Positions 14,984 to 25,265 of a stretch of DNA of 30,388 nucleotides are shown in pieces. Location of the stretch: IMG/VR virus record IMGVR_UViG_3300037604_000007, positions 1 through 30,388 of that record; one strand, 5' to 3'. Below the pieces are notes generated by a model. That model was not told the origin of the DNA. It searched no databases and saw only the letters and a program-made list of their open reading frames with translations. The position numbers and the translations under genes are program-made. This DNA is from a virus. Taxonomy: Duplodnaviria > Caudoviricetes. Numbering within the stretch: position 1 is the stretch's first letter; every line of letters starts with the position of its first letter.

Positions 14984-16056
14984 TCTTCAATTAGTTTTTG
15001 GATTTCAAAATCTGTTGATCTCATTTGTTCACTGCTCGAATTCTTGTAAAAATCAGTAAACACCTTATCAATGTACATTCTATAATGTTCTGTTTTTTCT
15101 TGCAAAAATATCCGCATCTGTTTAATCAACTCACCACTATTTCCAAATATACCACTTGAATTTGATGTGTCAATCAATGCTGGAGGAACTCCGAATGCTT
15201 TGATCACGTTTTCACTTGCTTTTCTGTCAGTGTATTCAAATAATTTATCGTTAACATTTGTGTTCACTTCTTTAAAGAAGATTTCTTTGTCAAGTTCATC
15301 ACTATCCAAATCTGCTTCAATATGATTGAAAACTCCTTGACCATCAACACCAAGTTGACTCTTGAAATTGGATTGGAATGCATCCTTCTGTCTTTGACTT
15401 TCAAATTTCTTGGTCACAACAATCAAGTTATTCAAGAATCCCTTGTTCAATAAGTTATTCTTAAATTTAGAGGATTTGAACTCACTATCAGCATCTTTTA
15501 TTGCTGGATGCACTAATGACATTGGATATATTCCTGATTCCAATTCGGAATAGAAAATTTGACCTTTAAATTCTTCAATTCCGACCTTTGAAATTTGATT
15601 CAACACAACATCAGGATTGTAAACGTCAAATTCTGAAATTGGTTCTTTCTTATCGTGCCAATTTTTAGACAATTTCAACTTTGATTTGTACCCATTCACG
15701 TCATCCTTTCCCCATCTAACCCAGTTGAAAGGAATGTGTTTAATGGATGAAATCAATCCGAGTTCATTGTAGCCTGTGTGTAAAGCAAAACCTTTATAAT
15801 ATGCAATGTCTGCGGAAACCTTTGAAACAATGTCGTTTATAGTTTCATTGTCTTTGTTTACGAAGAAATCAACCGATACCCCCTTTCCTTTTATGAACTT
15901 CTTAATCAAATCAACACACGCAGATGCACTAACAGAGTTATCAATAACTGACTTCACCTCATTTGGATAGTTGTTGTCTTCTCCGTAGTTAAATATCCCC
16001 TTTCTTTTGTCAAAAGATGGTTTATTGTTCGATATGTTTGTTGATCCTGAAATCAT
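14980..16056 (-). CDS. Portal protein
   Basis: YGEDNNYP start, HIPF..VR, AFGVPPALI motif; 358 aa. Confidence 0.88.
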   Translation of the reverse strand: MISGSTNISNNKPSFDKRKGIFNYGEDNNYPNEVKSVIDNSVSASACVDLIKKFIKGKGVSVDFFVNKDNETINDIVSKVSADIAYYKGFALHTGYNELGLISSIKHIPFNWVRWGKDDVNGYKSKLKLSKNWHDKKEPISEFDVYNPDVVLNQISKVGIEEFKGQIFYSELESGIYPMSLVHPAIKDADSEFKSSKFKNNLLNKGFLNNLIVVTKKFESQRQKDAFQSNFKSQLGVDGQGVFNHIEADLDSDELDKEIFFKEVNTNVNDKLFEYTDRKASENVIKAFGVPPALIDTSNSSGIFGNSGELIKQMRIFLQEKTEHYRMYIDKVFTDFYKNSSSEQMRSTDFEIQKLIEE

Positions 16057-16472
16057 TCTCCTTCAGTCTTAACCTCTTTTTTTACAACCTTCTTTTTTCT
16101 TGGTTTTTTAGCAACCAACAATTCTTCCCAATTTTCAGGATATCTTTTGAAATGAACTATCCTAGCTTTGTTTTGTTTCAAATAGTCAATTGCAATCTTA
16201 TCCGTTAATGTGTCATTTGTATAAATTTCTCTTGAATTGTGTTTCCTAATATTAGAAACAGACAATTCGAATTGTGTAGTCTTTTCCATTTTTATCCTTT
16301 TTTGTTTATTGTAAAGATACGAATTTAATCTGATATACGCATTCGTATAACACGCTGGACAACCCAACTTAATCTTTTCATTAAACGTATCAAAATAAAG
16401 GTCAGCTAATTCCTTTAATAGAACAGCTGACCTCATTACTTCATTGATATCTCTTTTTAAGATATCCGCCAT
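16053..16472 (-). CDS. Hypothetical protein with CxxC and basic tail
   Basis: GCPAC motif; position in the head/tail operon. Confidence 0.7.
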   Translation of the reverse strand: MADILKRDINEVMRSAVLLKELADLYFDTFNEKIKLGCPACYTNAYIRLNSYLYNKQKRIKMEKTTQFELSVSNIRKHNSREIYTNDTLTDKIAIDYLKQNKARIVHFKRYPENWEELLVAKKPRKKKVVKKEVKTEGE

Positions 16473-16474
16473 TA

Positions 16475-17071
16475 TTATGGAGTTGGAGTCAACAATGCAG
16501 TCACTGCCGCTTCTGTTGTTGCATCATCAGTGATGAAGAATGCGTAAGGAAATCCATTGTTTTCAAATCCATCTTTGTTAGATAGTGTGAATGGAAGTCC
16601 ACCATTTACATTTGCATCGAATACTGCTTCAGTCAACACCATTCCTTGATCGTATCCGAACACTTTGTATCTTGATGAACCAGTTCCATCCGAACCGATG
16701 TATTTCATTTCAAGAACCGCAGTAATTTCAGCACCATTGGTGTATGCCTTTAATTGTTCCAATGCAGTTGGATTAAGGTCTCCGATGTAACCGATTAATG
16801 TGTGGATCCATCCGTCAAAGGTATCGTCTTTTGGTGCAAAAGTTGCTTGACCATTAAGAAGTGTTTTTACTCCTGTCATCAAGTACGCTTGTTTCCCTCC
16901 TGACTTCAACACTAAAGACTCAATGATTTCTTCATTTGTCGCATTAAATACGGTAGCACCTTTGTCGATGTCCGATGTGTTCATGATTGTGACAGATTGC
17001 ACTATCCCCTTTGTGGGGATAGATGTACAATCTAATTCAAAACCACTTGTGATATTTTTTTCGCAAGCCAT
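16475..17071 (-). CDS. Probable major tail (tube) protein
   Basis: MAC....GF.LDC....GI start, beta-rich 198 aa, directly after the capsid gene. Confidence 0.65.
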   Translation of the reverse strand: MACEKNITSGFELDCTSIPTKGIVQSVTIMNTSDIDKGATVFNATNEEIIESLVLKSGGKQAYLMTGVKTLLNGQATFAPKDDTFDGWIHTLIGYIGDLNPTALEQLKAYTNGAEITAVLEMKYIGSDGTGSSRYKVFGYDQGMVLTEAVFDANVNGGLPFTLSNKDGFENNGFPYAFFITDDATTEAAVTALLTPTP

Positions 17072-17089
17072 GTTTTATATTTTTAAAAA

Positions 17090-18166
17090 TTAATATGCAA
17101 CTACAATCTTGTAGTCTTCTTCCAACAATTTAGCATCAACCTGAACTGCCCATCTGTTATAGTTAAGGTTGTCTTTTCTGTCGTAGAAGAACTCATAAGA
17201 ATCCAAGTCACCTTCAGATAATAGACCTAAACTCAAAGTTGTTGGAGTCACGAACAATGCTCTGTTTGGCATATCTGCAACAGTTCCATCGAATGTTGAA
17301 TCGTAGATTGTTTTTGACCAATCAGGTCTTTCAATCACATCAATTCCCATGAATGCACCAACTCCTGTGATTGCTCTACCACCAGTCTCCAATTGCTCAA
17401 CTGCAATTGCTGAACCAACTGTTTGTTCTTGCATGTAGAAAAGGTAGTTGTCAAACATTTCAGAAGTCAAAGCAAAATATGCATTTGAATCATTCTTCAA
17501 TCTTGAATCTGCTGCCATGTACATTGATTTCAATGTGTTGTAAGCAGTATCAGATGCAAGTGTTACTTGTGCTGCATAAGTTGCTGCTGCATTTTCAGAG
17601 ATTGAAATCACTCTGTTTGCTGGAATTGTTACTGCTGCAACTGCATCGAAAATTTGCTTCCAATATCCATCCAATCCAGTGATCAAAGTAGCATCAAATG
17701 TGTTACCCGCTGGATTAACGTATGCAGTATCTCCGAATGCCGAAACTCTGTAAATTGCATCCAAAATTTCTTCAGCAGTTTTAACCGCCAAGAATTGTGC
17801 AGTTTCACTTCCTTCCAAGTTGTACTTTTCAAGTGTAGTTCGGTAGTTGTTAAGCATGTAGTCCATTGAACACTTAAGTTCATCTGAACAGATTGCTAAT
17901 TCATCTGCGATTGAGATAGGAGTCCAAGTTTTTGTGGAAGTTGGATATGAACTTCCAGTTGGGAATGAACAATCTCCAGTCATCTTTCTTCCTGATGCTC
18001 TGTTTCCAATCAATTGGATTCTTTTGTTGCATTCGATTCCAGTAAAGATTGCATGTAATCTTGAAACAGGAACATTTGCATTTCTGAAAGCACTCGCAAA
18101 TATTACTTCGCTTAATGCTTGTACATCCTTTTCAAGGACTGCTGGTGTTGGGTTAAATATAGCCAT
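17090..18166 (-). CDS. Major capsid protein
   Basis: 358 aa directly after protease/scaffold; FGDT, DG.WK.I and terminal VVAY patterns. Confidence 0.8.
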   Translation of the reverse strand: MAIFNPTPAVLEKDVQALSEVIFASAFRNANVPVSRLHAIFTGIECNKRIQLIGNRASGRKMTGDCSFPTGSSYPTSTKTWTPISIADELAICSDELKCSMDYMLNNYRTTLEKYNLEGSETAQFLAVKTAEEILDAIYRVSAFGDTAYVNPAGNTFDATLITGLDGYWKQIFDAVAAVTIPANRVISISENAAATYAAQVTLASDTAYNTLKSMYMAADSRLKNDSNAYFALTSEMFDNYLFYMQEQTVGSAIAVEQLETGGRAITGVGAFMGIDVIERPDWSKTIYDSTFDGTVADMPNRALFVTPTTLSLGLLSEGDLDSYEFFYDRKDNLNYNRWAVQVDAKLLEEDYKIVVAY

Positions 18167-18180
18167 TTTTGTTTTTTGTT

Positions 18181-19227
18181 TTATTTTTTGATTCTAATTG
18201 TATTGTTTATTTCTTCTTCTTTTTTGTTTGTGTTGATTTCAGGTGAAACAGATTTGTTCATCTTTTCAATAATTGGAACTAAATTTTTCAATACTTCCAA
18301 TGATTCAGATTGACCGTTGATTGAATTTTTCAATTCGGAAAGTTCCGCTTTTAATGCTTCAACTTCCAATTCTAATTCACTTGGTTCTGCAACAACTTCT
18401 TCTTCAACTGGTGCAATTTCTTCTTCAACAACTGCAACTTCTGTGATCACTCCGTCAACTGTTGTCACAATGTAACCACTTTGAAGAACGTGTTCAGCAT
18501 CAGGAACATTGCTTCCATCTTCCAATGTTAACTTATCACCAACCATTGGTTCAGCAACTTCAGAAGAAGATTCAATCTGTGTTCCATCTTCCAATGTTAG
18601 CATTACGTTTTTAACTTCTTTTTTAGTGATTCCTAAATCATCACTTATTTTCTTTAAACTTTCTTTTATGTTCATCTTGTTTGTATTTATTTTGGCAACC
18701 GCCTTTAATTTTTCAACTTTAATTGTGGCAAATCCTTTTTCAATTTGCTCATCTGAATTGAATTCAGTTTCAACCTTCATTAGTGACAATGATTCTTCCT
18801 TTGTTAAATTTGTTTTTGAAACATAAATGTCAGAAATCAATTCATTGTACTTTCTCAACCCTTCGGATTGTTTCGCTAATTCATCAGCATCACCGACTGT
18901 CATTGTCCAAGCATTGTGAATGAACAACTGACTGTTTGGTGTTGCTTGTCTTTCTTCTCCAGCTAAATAAATAACAGTCGCAATTGATGCGGTCAAACCC
19001 TCATTAACTGTTGTTACTTTCTTATCCAATGAATTAAGGAAATCATATATTGCCAATCCTTCATAAACGTCACCACCTACTGAATGGATATGAACAATGA
19101 ATTCTTCAGCATCCTTTTGTGAATTCACCGCATTCACCACAGATGATAAAGATACAATACCGTATTCTGATGATTCCTTATCTTGCCAATTAGCAATTTC
19201 CCCGTAAATGTAAATATGTCCAATCAT
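18181..19227 (-). CDS. ClpP-like prohead protease fused to an acidic scaffold domain
   Basis: IHSVGGDVYEG, ASIAT, FIHNAW motifs; acidic coiled-coil C-terminal half. Confidence 0.92.
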   Translation of the reverse strand: MIGHIYIYGEIANWQDKESSEYGIVSLSSVVNAVNSQKDAEEFIVHIHSVGGDVYEGLAIYDFLNSLDKKVTTVNEGLTASIATVIYLAGEERQATPNSQLFIHNAWTMTVGDADELAKQSEGLRKYNELISDIYVSKTNLTKEESLSLMKVETEFNSDEQIEKGFATIKVEKLKAVAKINTNKMNIKESLKKISDDLGITKKEVKNVMLTLEDGTQIESSSEVAEPMVGDKLTLEDGSNVPDAEHVLQSGYIVTTVDGVITEVAVVEEEIAPVEEEVVAEPSELELEVEALKAELSELKNSINGQSESLEVLKNLVPIIEKMNKSVSPEINTNKKEEEINNTIRIKK

Positions 19228-19232
19228 GAATA

Positions 19233-19240
19233 CAAAGATA
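19233..19240 (-). promoter_or_regulatory. -7 element TATCTTTG just upstream of the protease ATG
   Basis: CAAAGATA on +, 5 nt from the start codon; a second element CAAATATA at 19325-19332. Confidence 0.55.
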
Positions 19241-19327
19241 AGTAAAATAAACTTTCTAAAATTATAGAACTTTCAATAATTACTGAAAGTTTAATATATA
19301 ATAATACTATACCTAATTTAATAACAA

Positions 19328-19360
19328 ATATATATATAAATAAATAAATAAATAAATAAA
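19328..19360. repeat. (AT)n followed by (TAAA)6 tandem repeat in a very AT-rich intergenic region
   Basis: TAAA x6 at 19337-19360. Confidence 0.85.
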
Positions 19361-19446
19361 GTTATTAACAAAATAAAGGTTTTTAGATAATTTCGGATTA
19401 AACACTAACAATCAGTATTTTATGGAAAATTAAAATAATTGATTTC

Positions 19447-19505
19447 CAAAAAACGACCCCCCCCTATCAAAAATATTTAAGTCTTTCTAAAGGGGGTATA
19501 AAAAC
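19447..19505. repeat. C8-TATCAAAAA...TTTCTA-G-run-TA element, copy 2
   Basis: Aligns with 4821-4880. Confidence 0.75.
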
Positions 19506-19513
19506 GGGTTAAA

Positions 19514-19744
19514 TTATTTAAAAAATGAAAGAACTTGGTATATTCTTGGTTCCGATAGGTTGCATTTTTGACTAACATTGTAGATTATATCACTTTTTTT
19601 ACCACCTTTAGACAACTCATGATGATATGTTTCGTATACCTCAACCCAATAAACCCAGTTTTTATTGACAATCCCCATTTCAATACCCTTTTGAAATAGG
19701 TTTTTTTGCTTCAAATCATTGATGTAATCTATTTTACCACTCAT
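19514..19744 (-). CDS. Small HTH protein, possible late regulator
   Basis: C-terminal VSQKCNLSEPRIYQVL HTH-like pattern. Confidence 0.6.
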   Translation of the reverse strand: MSGKIDYINDLKQKNLFQKGIEMGIVNKNWVYWVEVYETYHHELSKGGKKSDIIYNVSQKCNLSEPRIYQVLSFFK

Positions 19745-19985
19745 TTATTGGGCATTTTTCGTTAATACTGCGGACTTTCATTGCAATTGGACAACTGCAT
19801 TCACCACAAATTGATCCGTTTATCTCTTTTATCTCATCTTTAACCCATGCAAAAACCTTACTTTCTGCCTTCTTTGGACATTTAGCACATATTTTTGCAC
19901 GTTTTAATGCAACCTTTTCCACCTCTGTGTCATTTGTTAGGTAATTATACCACCCTTTTATTATATTAGATACTTGCATCTTCAA
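19734..19985 (-). CDS. Small Zn-binding protein
   Basis: R..IC..CP...C..C.C....K.R.....CP...W pattern. Confidence 0.75.
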   Translation of the reverse strand: MKMQVSNIIKGWYNYLTNDTEVEKVALKRAKICAKCPKKAESKVFAWVKDEIKEINGSICGECSCPIAMKVRSINEKCPINEW

Positions 19986-22686
19986 CTTTTGTTTGGTAAC
20001 TACTCACATTCGAATCAATGTCCTTCACATCAACAACATATTGAACATTCTCATTAATTGGATCAACTAATCCACTTGCGGTGTCTCTTATCACGTTTGA
20101 TGCAATTGAATTACTTACTGTTGGGCTAGTAAATGTTGTTCCGTCTGCATATCCCTTAACCGCATATCTGACTGCATCGAATCCAAGCATTGAATTCAAC
20201 TTTGATTGTTGCTTTTTATTCAATATTGCTTCACCCGTTTTAACTGTTGCCAACATATTATCACCATTCGACCTTGATATGTTTGGAGTTCCCGATATTA
20301 CACCTGTATGTCCTGTTAAATCAGTCACGCTGTATTCACCACCAACTGGTGCAATACTTTCTGAACCATCCGCAAACCCAGCTATTTTTGAAACATTTTT
20401 CAATCCCGATGCAATTGCAACACCAGCTGCGATCGAACCCCTAATTGGTGAGTCAGGTGTTGGTGGAACAAATTGTGACAAATACGCTTTTTGTGCTGCC
20501 AAATATGTTGCAATAGATGTTTCTGCAATTGCAGCGACTTTGTATGCAGCAGTGTTTTCTTCAAACAATCCTTTAACATCACCAGCGAATTGTTGGGCTG
20601 CTTGTAATTTTGAATTTTCTTGTGCTCTATATATTGCAATCTGTTTATTTGCGTATTCTTCAGATATTTTTGTTGTGTCTGCACCAATCTTTTTGGCGTA
20701 TTCAATTTCCTTTTGATATTTAAATTCAAGTTCTAACAATTGTCTTTCTGCATCACTTTCTGCCTCAATCAATTGTTTGTCCCTTTCTTCCTGTGCTTTT
20801 GTTATTGCTTCTTGTTTGGCTTTTTCTTCATCTTGTTTTTCTTGGTCTTTTATTGCTTTTTTACCATCTACCAACGCCTGATCAATTGCAATAATTTCAT
20901 TGTTGAATTCATTTTGTGCAGTCAATTGACTTGCTTTGAATTCTGCATCAATCACCTTCAACCTCGAATCAAATTCTTTTTGTGATATTTCTTTGGTCTT
21001 TAATTGGTTTTTAAGTGACTGAATTTCCAACGCATTTGATTCTTCTGCTATTCTTTTTTGCTCATCAAATATTGTTTTTAATCTTGCTTTTTCTTCATCC
21101 ACAATCCCTTGTGTCAATACCTTAACACCATCAATTTTACTCTGATTGGTTTGCTTGAATATTTCAAGTTCAGCATTCAGTAAATCAATTGCATTGGCTG
21201 CAATAGTTTCCTGAAGTTTCAATTCATCCTTTAATCTTTTCAATCTATCTTCCTGTGCCTTTTTTCTTTTTGCTTCTTCTTCTTTAGCAACTGAATTCTT
21301 TGTTCCTAAAAATTTTAACTCCCTCGCTTGTGCCTCCGTATCTTTCTGTATCCTCTCTGCTTTCAGTCTGTTTAATTCTGCCAAATCTTCTCGACTTGTG
21401 TCGTTCTGTTCCTGCTCTAGTGTCTTTTGTTGAATCTTTAAATCAAGGATATTTTTTTCGCTATTCGCTAATTCATCAGACAATACCTTTGCTCTTTCAA
21501 CTGCTGCATTCCTTTCGCTTGCTGAAAGTGTCGTGTCTTTTGCGATTGCCTCTTGTTGTTTGATTTGGTCTAGTAACCTTGCATTATTTATTATTTGGTC
21601 ATTTTCTTGCTTTTCAATTTCAATTCCTAGCTTCACTATTTCCTTTTGTCTTGCAATGTTCGCTTTGATTTGGTCACCAGCACCTGCGAAAGAACCTGCT
21701 AATTTCTTTCCGTTGTCAACAATTGCATTTCCTGCCGAAATAGATTCATCTGCTAATCCTTTCAATTCGCCTTTTAATTTCTCAACTTCTTCATCTGTTC
21801 CAAACAATTGCGCCCATCCTAATTGAATTAATTTAACACCCGCAAGAAACGTGTTTTTAAAAATAACGAAATTATTCTTTAATATCTCAAAAGCTGGAAT
21901 CGCAGCGTTTTGTAATATCGCAACAATGGCTGAAAACGCTCCCTTTACTGGTGCCAAACCTTTTGCAATTGCATCAGCCCCCCTTTGTGTAGATGCGAAT
22001 GCTGCAATCAATGAACCTAACAATACGACTATTGCCCCTATTCCTGTCGCTATCAATGCAATTCTAAAAAGCTTTAGCCCGTTTGTAGTTCCTTTTAGAG
22101 ATGCACTTACACCTCTTAACGCCGCTTGTTTTGATTTGAGATTGCCAATGATACTACCAACATTCACACCCATGATATTGATTGACCCACTCAAATCTGT
22201 AACTGCTGCCTTGTAATTTCCAACATCAACTTGGTTATTCCCTATTGACTTGCTTAAGTCTTTGTATTCTTGGTCCTGTGCCTCGATAGTTTTAAGCAAC
22301 TTTCCACCTACTTGCTCATTCTCCCTTTGTTCTTTTGTAAGATTCTTGTAAGTTGTCTTATTAATGTTCAAAGCATTCCTTAAAGAATTGATTGAACCAT
22401 CTGTTTTAACAACCGTCTGTTGTTCCCTTTCTTGCGCCTTGATATTGTCTTCCAGAATCTTCTTGTAAGTTCTGCTTTCACCGCTTAACTTCTTAATGGA
22501 TGCCTCATTCTGTGCATACGTTTGTGCTTGGTCTGCGTTTGCCTTTGTCAATCCATCTGTGGACTTCTTCAATTGCTGATTCTCTTTCTTCAAAGATGCA
22601 ATTTGTTTCAAGACATCACCTTGTTTCTTCAACACTTGTGAATTGTCAATATCTAATTTTAGTAGACTTACTATTTGCTCTGCCAT
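19966..22686 (-). CDS. Tail tape measure protein
   Basis: 906 aa, long coiled coils, VGNY motif, hydrophobic ALIATGIGAIVVLLG segment, C-terminal FADG...GE.ILN. Confidence 0.9.
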   Translation of the reverse strand: MAEQIVSLLKLDIDNSQVLKKQGDVLKQIASLKKENQQLKKSTDGLTKANADQAQTYAQNEASIKKLSGESRTYKKILEDNIKAQEREQQTVVKTDGSINSLRNALNINKTTYKNLTKEQRENEQVGGKLLKTIEAQDQEYKDLSKSIGNNQVDVGNYKAAVTDLSGSINIMGVNVGSIIGNLKSKQAALRGVSASLKGTTNGLKLFRIALIATGIGAIVVLLGSLIAAFASTQRGADAIAKGLAPVKGAFSAIVAILQNAAIPAFEILKNNFVIFKNTFLAGVKLIQLGWAQLFGTDEEVEKLKGELKGLADESISAGNAIVDNGKKLAGSFAGAGDQIKANIARQKEIVKLGIEIEKQENDQIINNARLLDQIKQQEAIAKDTTLSASERNAAVERAKVLSDELANSEKNILDLKIQQKTLEQEQNDTSREDLAELNRLKAERIQKDTEAQARELKFLGTKNSVAKEEEAKRKKAQEDRLKRLKDELKLQETIAANAIDLLNAELEIFKQTNQSKIDGVKVLTQGIVDEEKARLKTIFDEQKRIAEESNALEIQSLKNQLKTKEISQKEFDSRLKVIDAEFKASQLTAQNEFNNEIIAIDQALVDGKKAIKDQEKQDEEKAKQEAITKAQEERDKQLIEAESDAERQLLELEFKYQKEIEYAKKIGADTTKISEEYANKQIAIYRAQENSKLQAAQQFAGDVKGLFEENTAAYKVAAIAETSIATYLAAQKAYLSQFVPPTPDSPIRGSIAAGVAIASGLKNVSKIAGFADGSESIAPVGGEYSVTDLTGHTGVISGTPNISRSNGDNMLATVKTGEAILNKKQQSKLNSMLGFDAVRYAVKGYADGTTFTSPTVSNSIASNVIRDTASGLVDPINENVQYVVDVKDIDSNVSSYQTKVEDASI

Positions 22687-22690
22687 TGTT

Positions 22691-25264
22691 TTAATTTAAT
22701 TTTATTAGAACCCATTCTGACAGACCATCTGGTCTTGTCTTAATCGATTGAACTACAAATTTACTGTTTAATTGTGAAATGAATATTTTGTTTTGAAAGC
22801 TAAAAGCATCAATCAAATGTCTTGGAACACGCATCAATAATTTCACTTCTTGATACCTGTTTAAGACGTAATCTCTAAGACTAGAATAGTTGTCTTCAAT
22901 TAACCCATTCCAGTCTAATCTGTTAGAGTTTGTAGCGATAAATAAACCTAAAGAAATTGTGTTGACAACTCCCGAATAATTAATAACGTCAAAAGAAAGG
23001 CTGTTAATCACTTGAACTGCATCAGCTGGAAACAATCCTTGCGCATCGTAAAAATCATAATTGACAACTCTAAAACCAACATCTTTAGATGATGAATTTA
23101 GATTAGTGTCTTCATATCCATCTGCACTCATAAGTTGCAAGTTAAGAGAAATATCTCCTATTTTCTTATCGTGAAAAGATGCCGTTATATTGCTATCTAT
23201 TATCGTCTTGTCTTTATTGAAATTGTTTGCAACAAAAACGCTATTAAATTTCTCAGGTCTATTTTCTAGATATTTGTATTTGAAATGGTTCACTTTTCCG
23301 AAACCACTTTCAAACTTCTTGCTAATCACGTTTGAGAAATAGTCTGATAAATCAATTGTGTTTCCAATATTAGGAGTGTAAACATCGTTAAGGCTATAAA
23401 CTTCAATGTTTTTGTTAAGCGAATCCACCTCAAAAGCTAAATTGAATAATTCAAAAATGTAGGAAATGAAATCTAACTGAGTCAAGTCTCCAAATATATT
23501 GCTAAAGTACATATCGCTTGATTCAATAACCCCTACCGAACTAATATGAGGATGTCCGTAATCTCCAAAAGAAATTTTATAATCCGAACTAGCAATAGTT
23601 GAAGAAACTACCGTTTCAATCACACTACCTTTTGGATAAACATTGGTTGTTGTAAAATATCCCGCGTAATCATTAGCGGTTGTTGATGGCGAGTATGATA
23701 ATCCGTAAGTACCTGGTTGCAACACTCCGTCTATGTAGGTCTGTATTAATATGTTACTAGTGCTGAAAGTTTCTATCTTATAAGAATACGTGTAAAATAT
23801 TCTACCAGTTTTTTTTGTCTCAAAAGTATTTAAAACAATGCTTTGAATTCCATTAATTGTGGTGTTTTTTGATATTTCATTTACCTCTGCGTTAAAGTCA
23901 AATAACTTACCACCACCAAACAATCTATTGGTTAACCTTCCGTTTGTATTATCGTTAAATGTGTACCCTACATCTTCCGCAATAAACTCGAAAGCCTTTA
24001 ACACATCGATATAAGGACTCATTTGGTATTCTGCTATTTCAACTGAATTAGGAACGTAATTAACAACAGGAATAACACTACCATACAAATCCTTTAAATT
24101 AGGCTGGGCAGTATTGTACCAAGATGCACCATCAGCAGTAAGAAAGGGATGCGGTCTATTGTCAAAAGGTTCGTAAAGATACTTATCTCTTATCCGATCA
24201 AAGAAATCATTAATTCCATGTGTCACGTCAACCTTATATCCAGCATCTGAAATTTCTCTTAAATTCAATCTACCTTTTTTGATTATTGGTGTACCATCTT
24301 GGATGTATTCAACATAATTAATTTGATAAGGTTTGTTTGACACATTGCCATTCAAATCTAAGTAATCAAACACCTCACTATTATTCGCAGTAAATGGAAG
24401 TACGAAGTTATTGGTCACTCCTGACAACCTTTGTTTTAAATTATTGACATCAAATGATTGCTTTGTTACACTTACAAACTGGTCTTCAAATAAATCAATT
24501 CTACTCTTTTCGATTCCACCGCCAACTGTTCCAATTTGCTCCCTTATCCACATAAAATCATCAATGTATGTGGGACTTGGATTCGTTGTTGTAATTGTTC
24601 CAGTATAAACTGCGTTAATATCTTGGATGGTGTTACCGCTACCCTCGTTTGTTGGAAAATATGCTTTTAGTCCAGTTTCAGCACCAGTGTAAACTCGTGT
24701 CATATCTGCGACAATTTCGGATTGAGTTCTTGCAGTATTCCAAACCGCTAAGTCTTTAAGTTTACCGTTAAAATAATCCGTTAGCAAAGTCCAATTTCCC
24801 CATTCAAAATTAGCTCCACTTCTTGTAAATCCTAAATTTGCAGTAGGGGCGGTATTTGTCTGCGCCACTCCATCAACGTACATTGTAGCTCCTGTTGTTG
24901 CATCTAATGAAATTGAAATATAATACCATTGTCCACCATTGAAATACTGCCCAGCATTTGACTCAATTAAAACAAAACTGTTACCGCTCGAAGAAGTAGG
25001 TAAATACATTCTAATCACACCAGTATCTCTAAATTCAGCGTAGAAAGTACGTTGACCACTTCCAGCGTATTGAGATGCAAAAAATTGCCTATTCTGACCA
25101 TTGAAAGTTGTCACATCAGGATTAATCCACATAGATATTGTCCTTGTTCCAGTTATAAAACTATTCCCTAAATCAACCTTATCTGAATAAACAGAATCAA
25201 AATGCAACGCATCATCAAAAACAGGAACGCTTCCGTTTTCTTCAATTAAATTTAACTCATTCAT
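22691..25264 (-). CDS. Tail tip/hub protein with an N-terminal LamG (ConA-like) domain
   Basis: TISMWI, WYYISI, MYVDG, FNGKLKDLAVWN, AYFPTNEGSG LamG motifs followed by an IDL..D...LP.T.NN tail-protein start. Confidence 0.75.
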   Translation of the reverse strand: MNELNLIEENGSVPVFDDALHFDSVYSDKVDLGNSFITGTRTISMWINPDVTTFNGQNRQFFASQYAGSGQRTFYAEFRDTGVIRMYLPTSSSGNSFVLIESNAGQYFNGGQWYYISISLDATTGATMYVDGVAQTNTAPTANLGFTRSGANFEWGNWTLLTDYFNGKLKDLAVWNTARTQSEIVADMTRVYTGAETGLKAYFPTNEGSGNTIQDINAVYTGTITTTNPSPTYIDDFMWIREQIGTVGGGIEKSRIDLFEDQFVSVTKQSFDVNNLKQRLSGVTNNFVLPFTANNSEVFDYLDLNGNVSNKPYQINYVEYIQDGTPIIKKGRLNLREISDAGYKVDVTHGINDFFDRIRDKYLYEPFDNRPHPFLTADGASWYNTAQPNLKDLYGSVIPVVNYVPNSVEIAEYQMSPYIDVLKAFEFIAEDVGYTFNDNTNGRLTNRLFGGGKLFDFNAEVNEISKNTTINGIQSIVLNTFETKKTGRIFYTYSYKIETFSTSNILIQTYIDGVLQPGTYGLSYSPSTTANDYAGYFTTTNVYPKGSVIETVVSSTIASSDYKISFGDYGHPHISSVGVIESSDMYFSNIFGDLTQLDFISYIFELFNLAFEVDSLNKNIEVYSLNDVYTPNIGNTIDLSDYFSNVISKKFESGFGKVNHFKYKYLENRPEKFNSVFVANNFNKDKTIIDSNITASFHDKKIGDISLNLQLMSADGYEDTNLNSSSKDVGFRVVNYDFYDAQGLFPADAVQVINSLSFDVINYSGVVNTISLGLFIATNSNRLDWNGLIEDNYSSLRDYVLNRYQEVKLLMRVPRHLIDAFSFQNKIFISQLNSKFVVQSIKTRPDGLSEWVLIKLN

Positions 25265-25265
25265 A

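Noticed and set aside
20081-22694. + strand ORFs opposite the tape measure gene, and similar ones at 208, 3452, 5491, 5702, 7733, 9112, 9601, 11359, 12155, 16017, 17371-18826, 24411, 25288, 26709, 28326 and 29822
   Set aside because: Antisense shadows of well-supported - strand genes, with no recognisable motifs.
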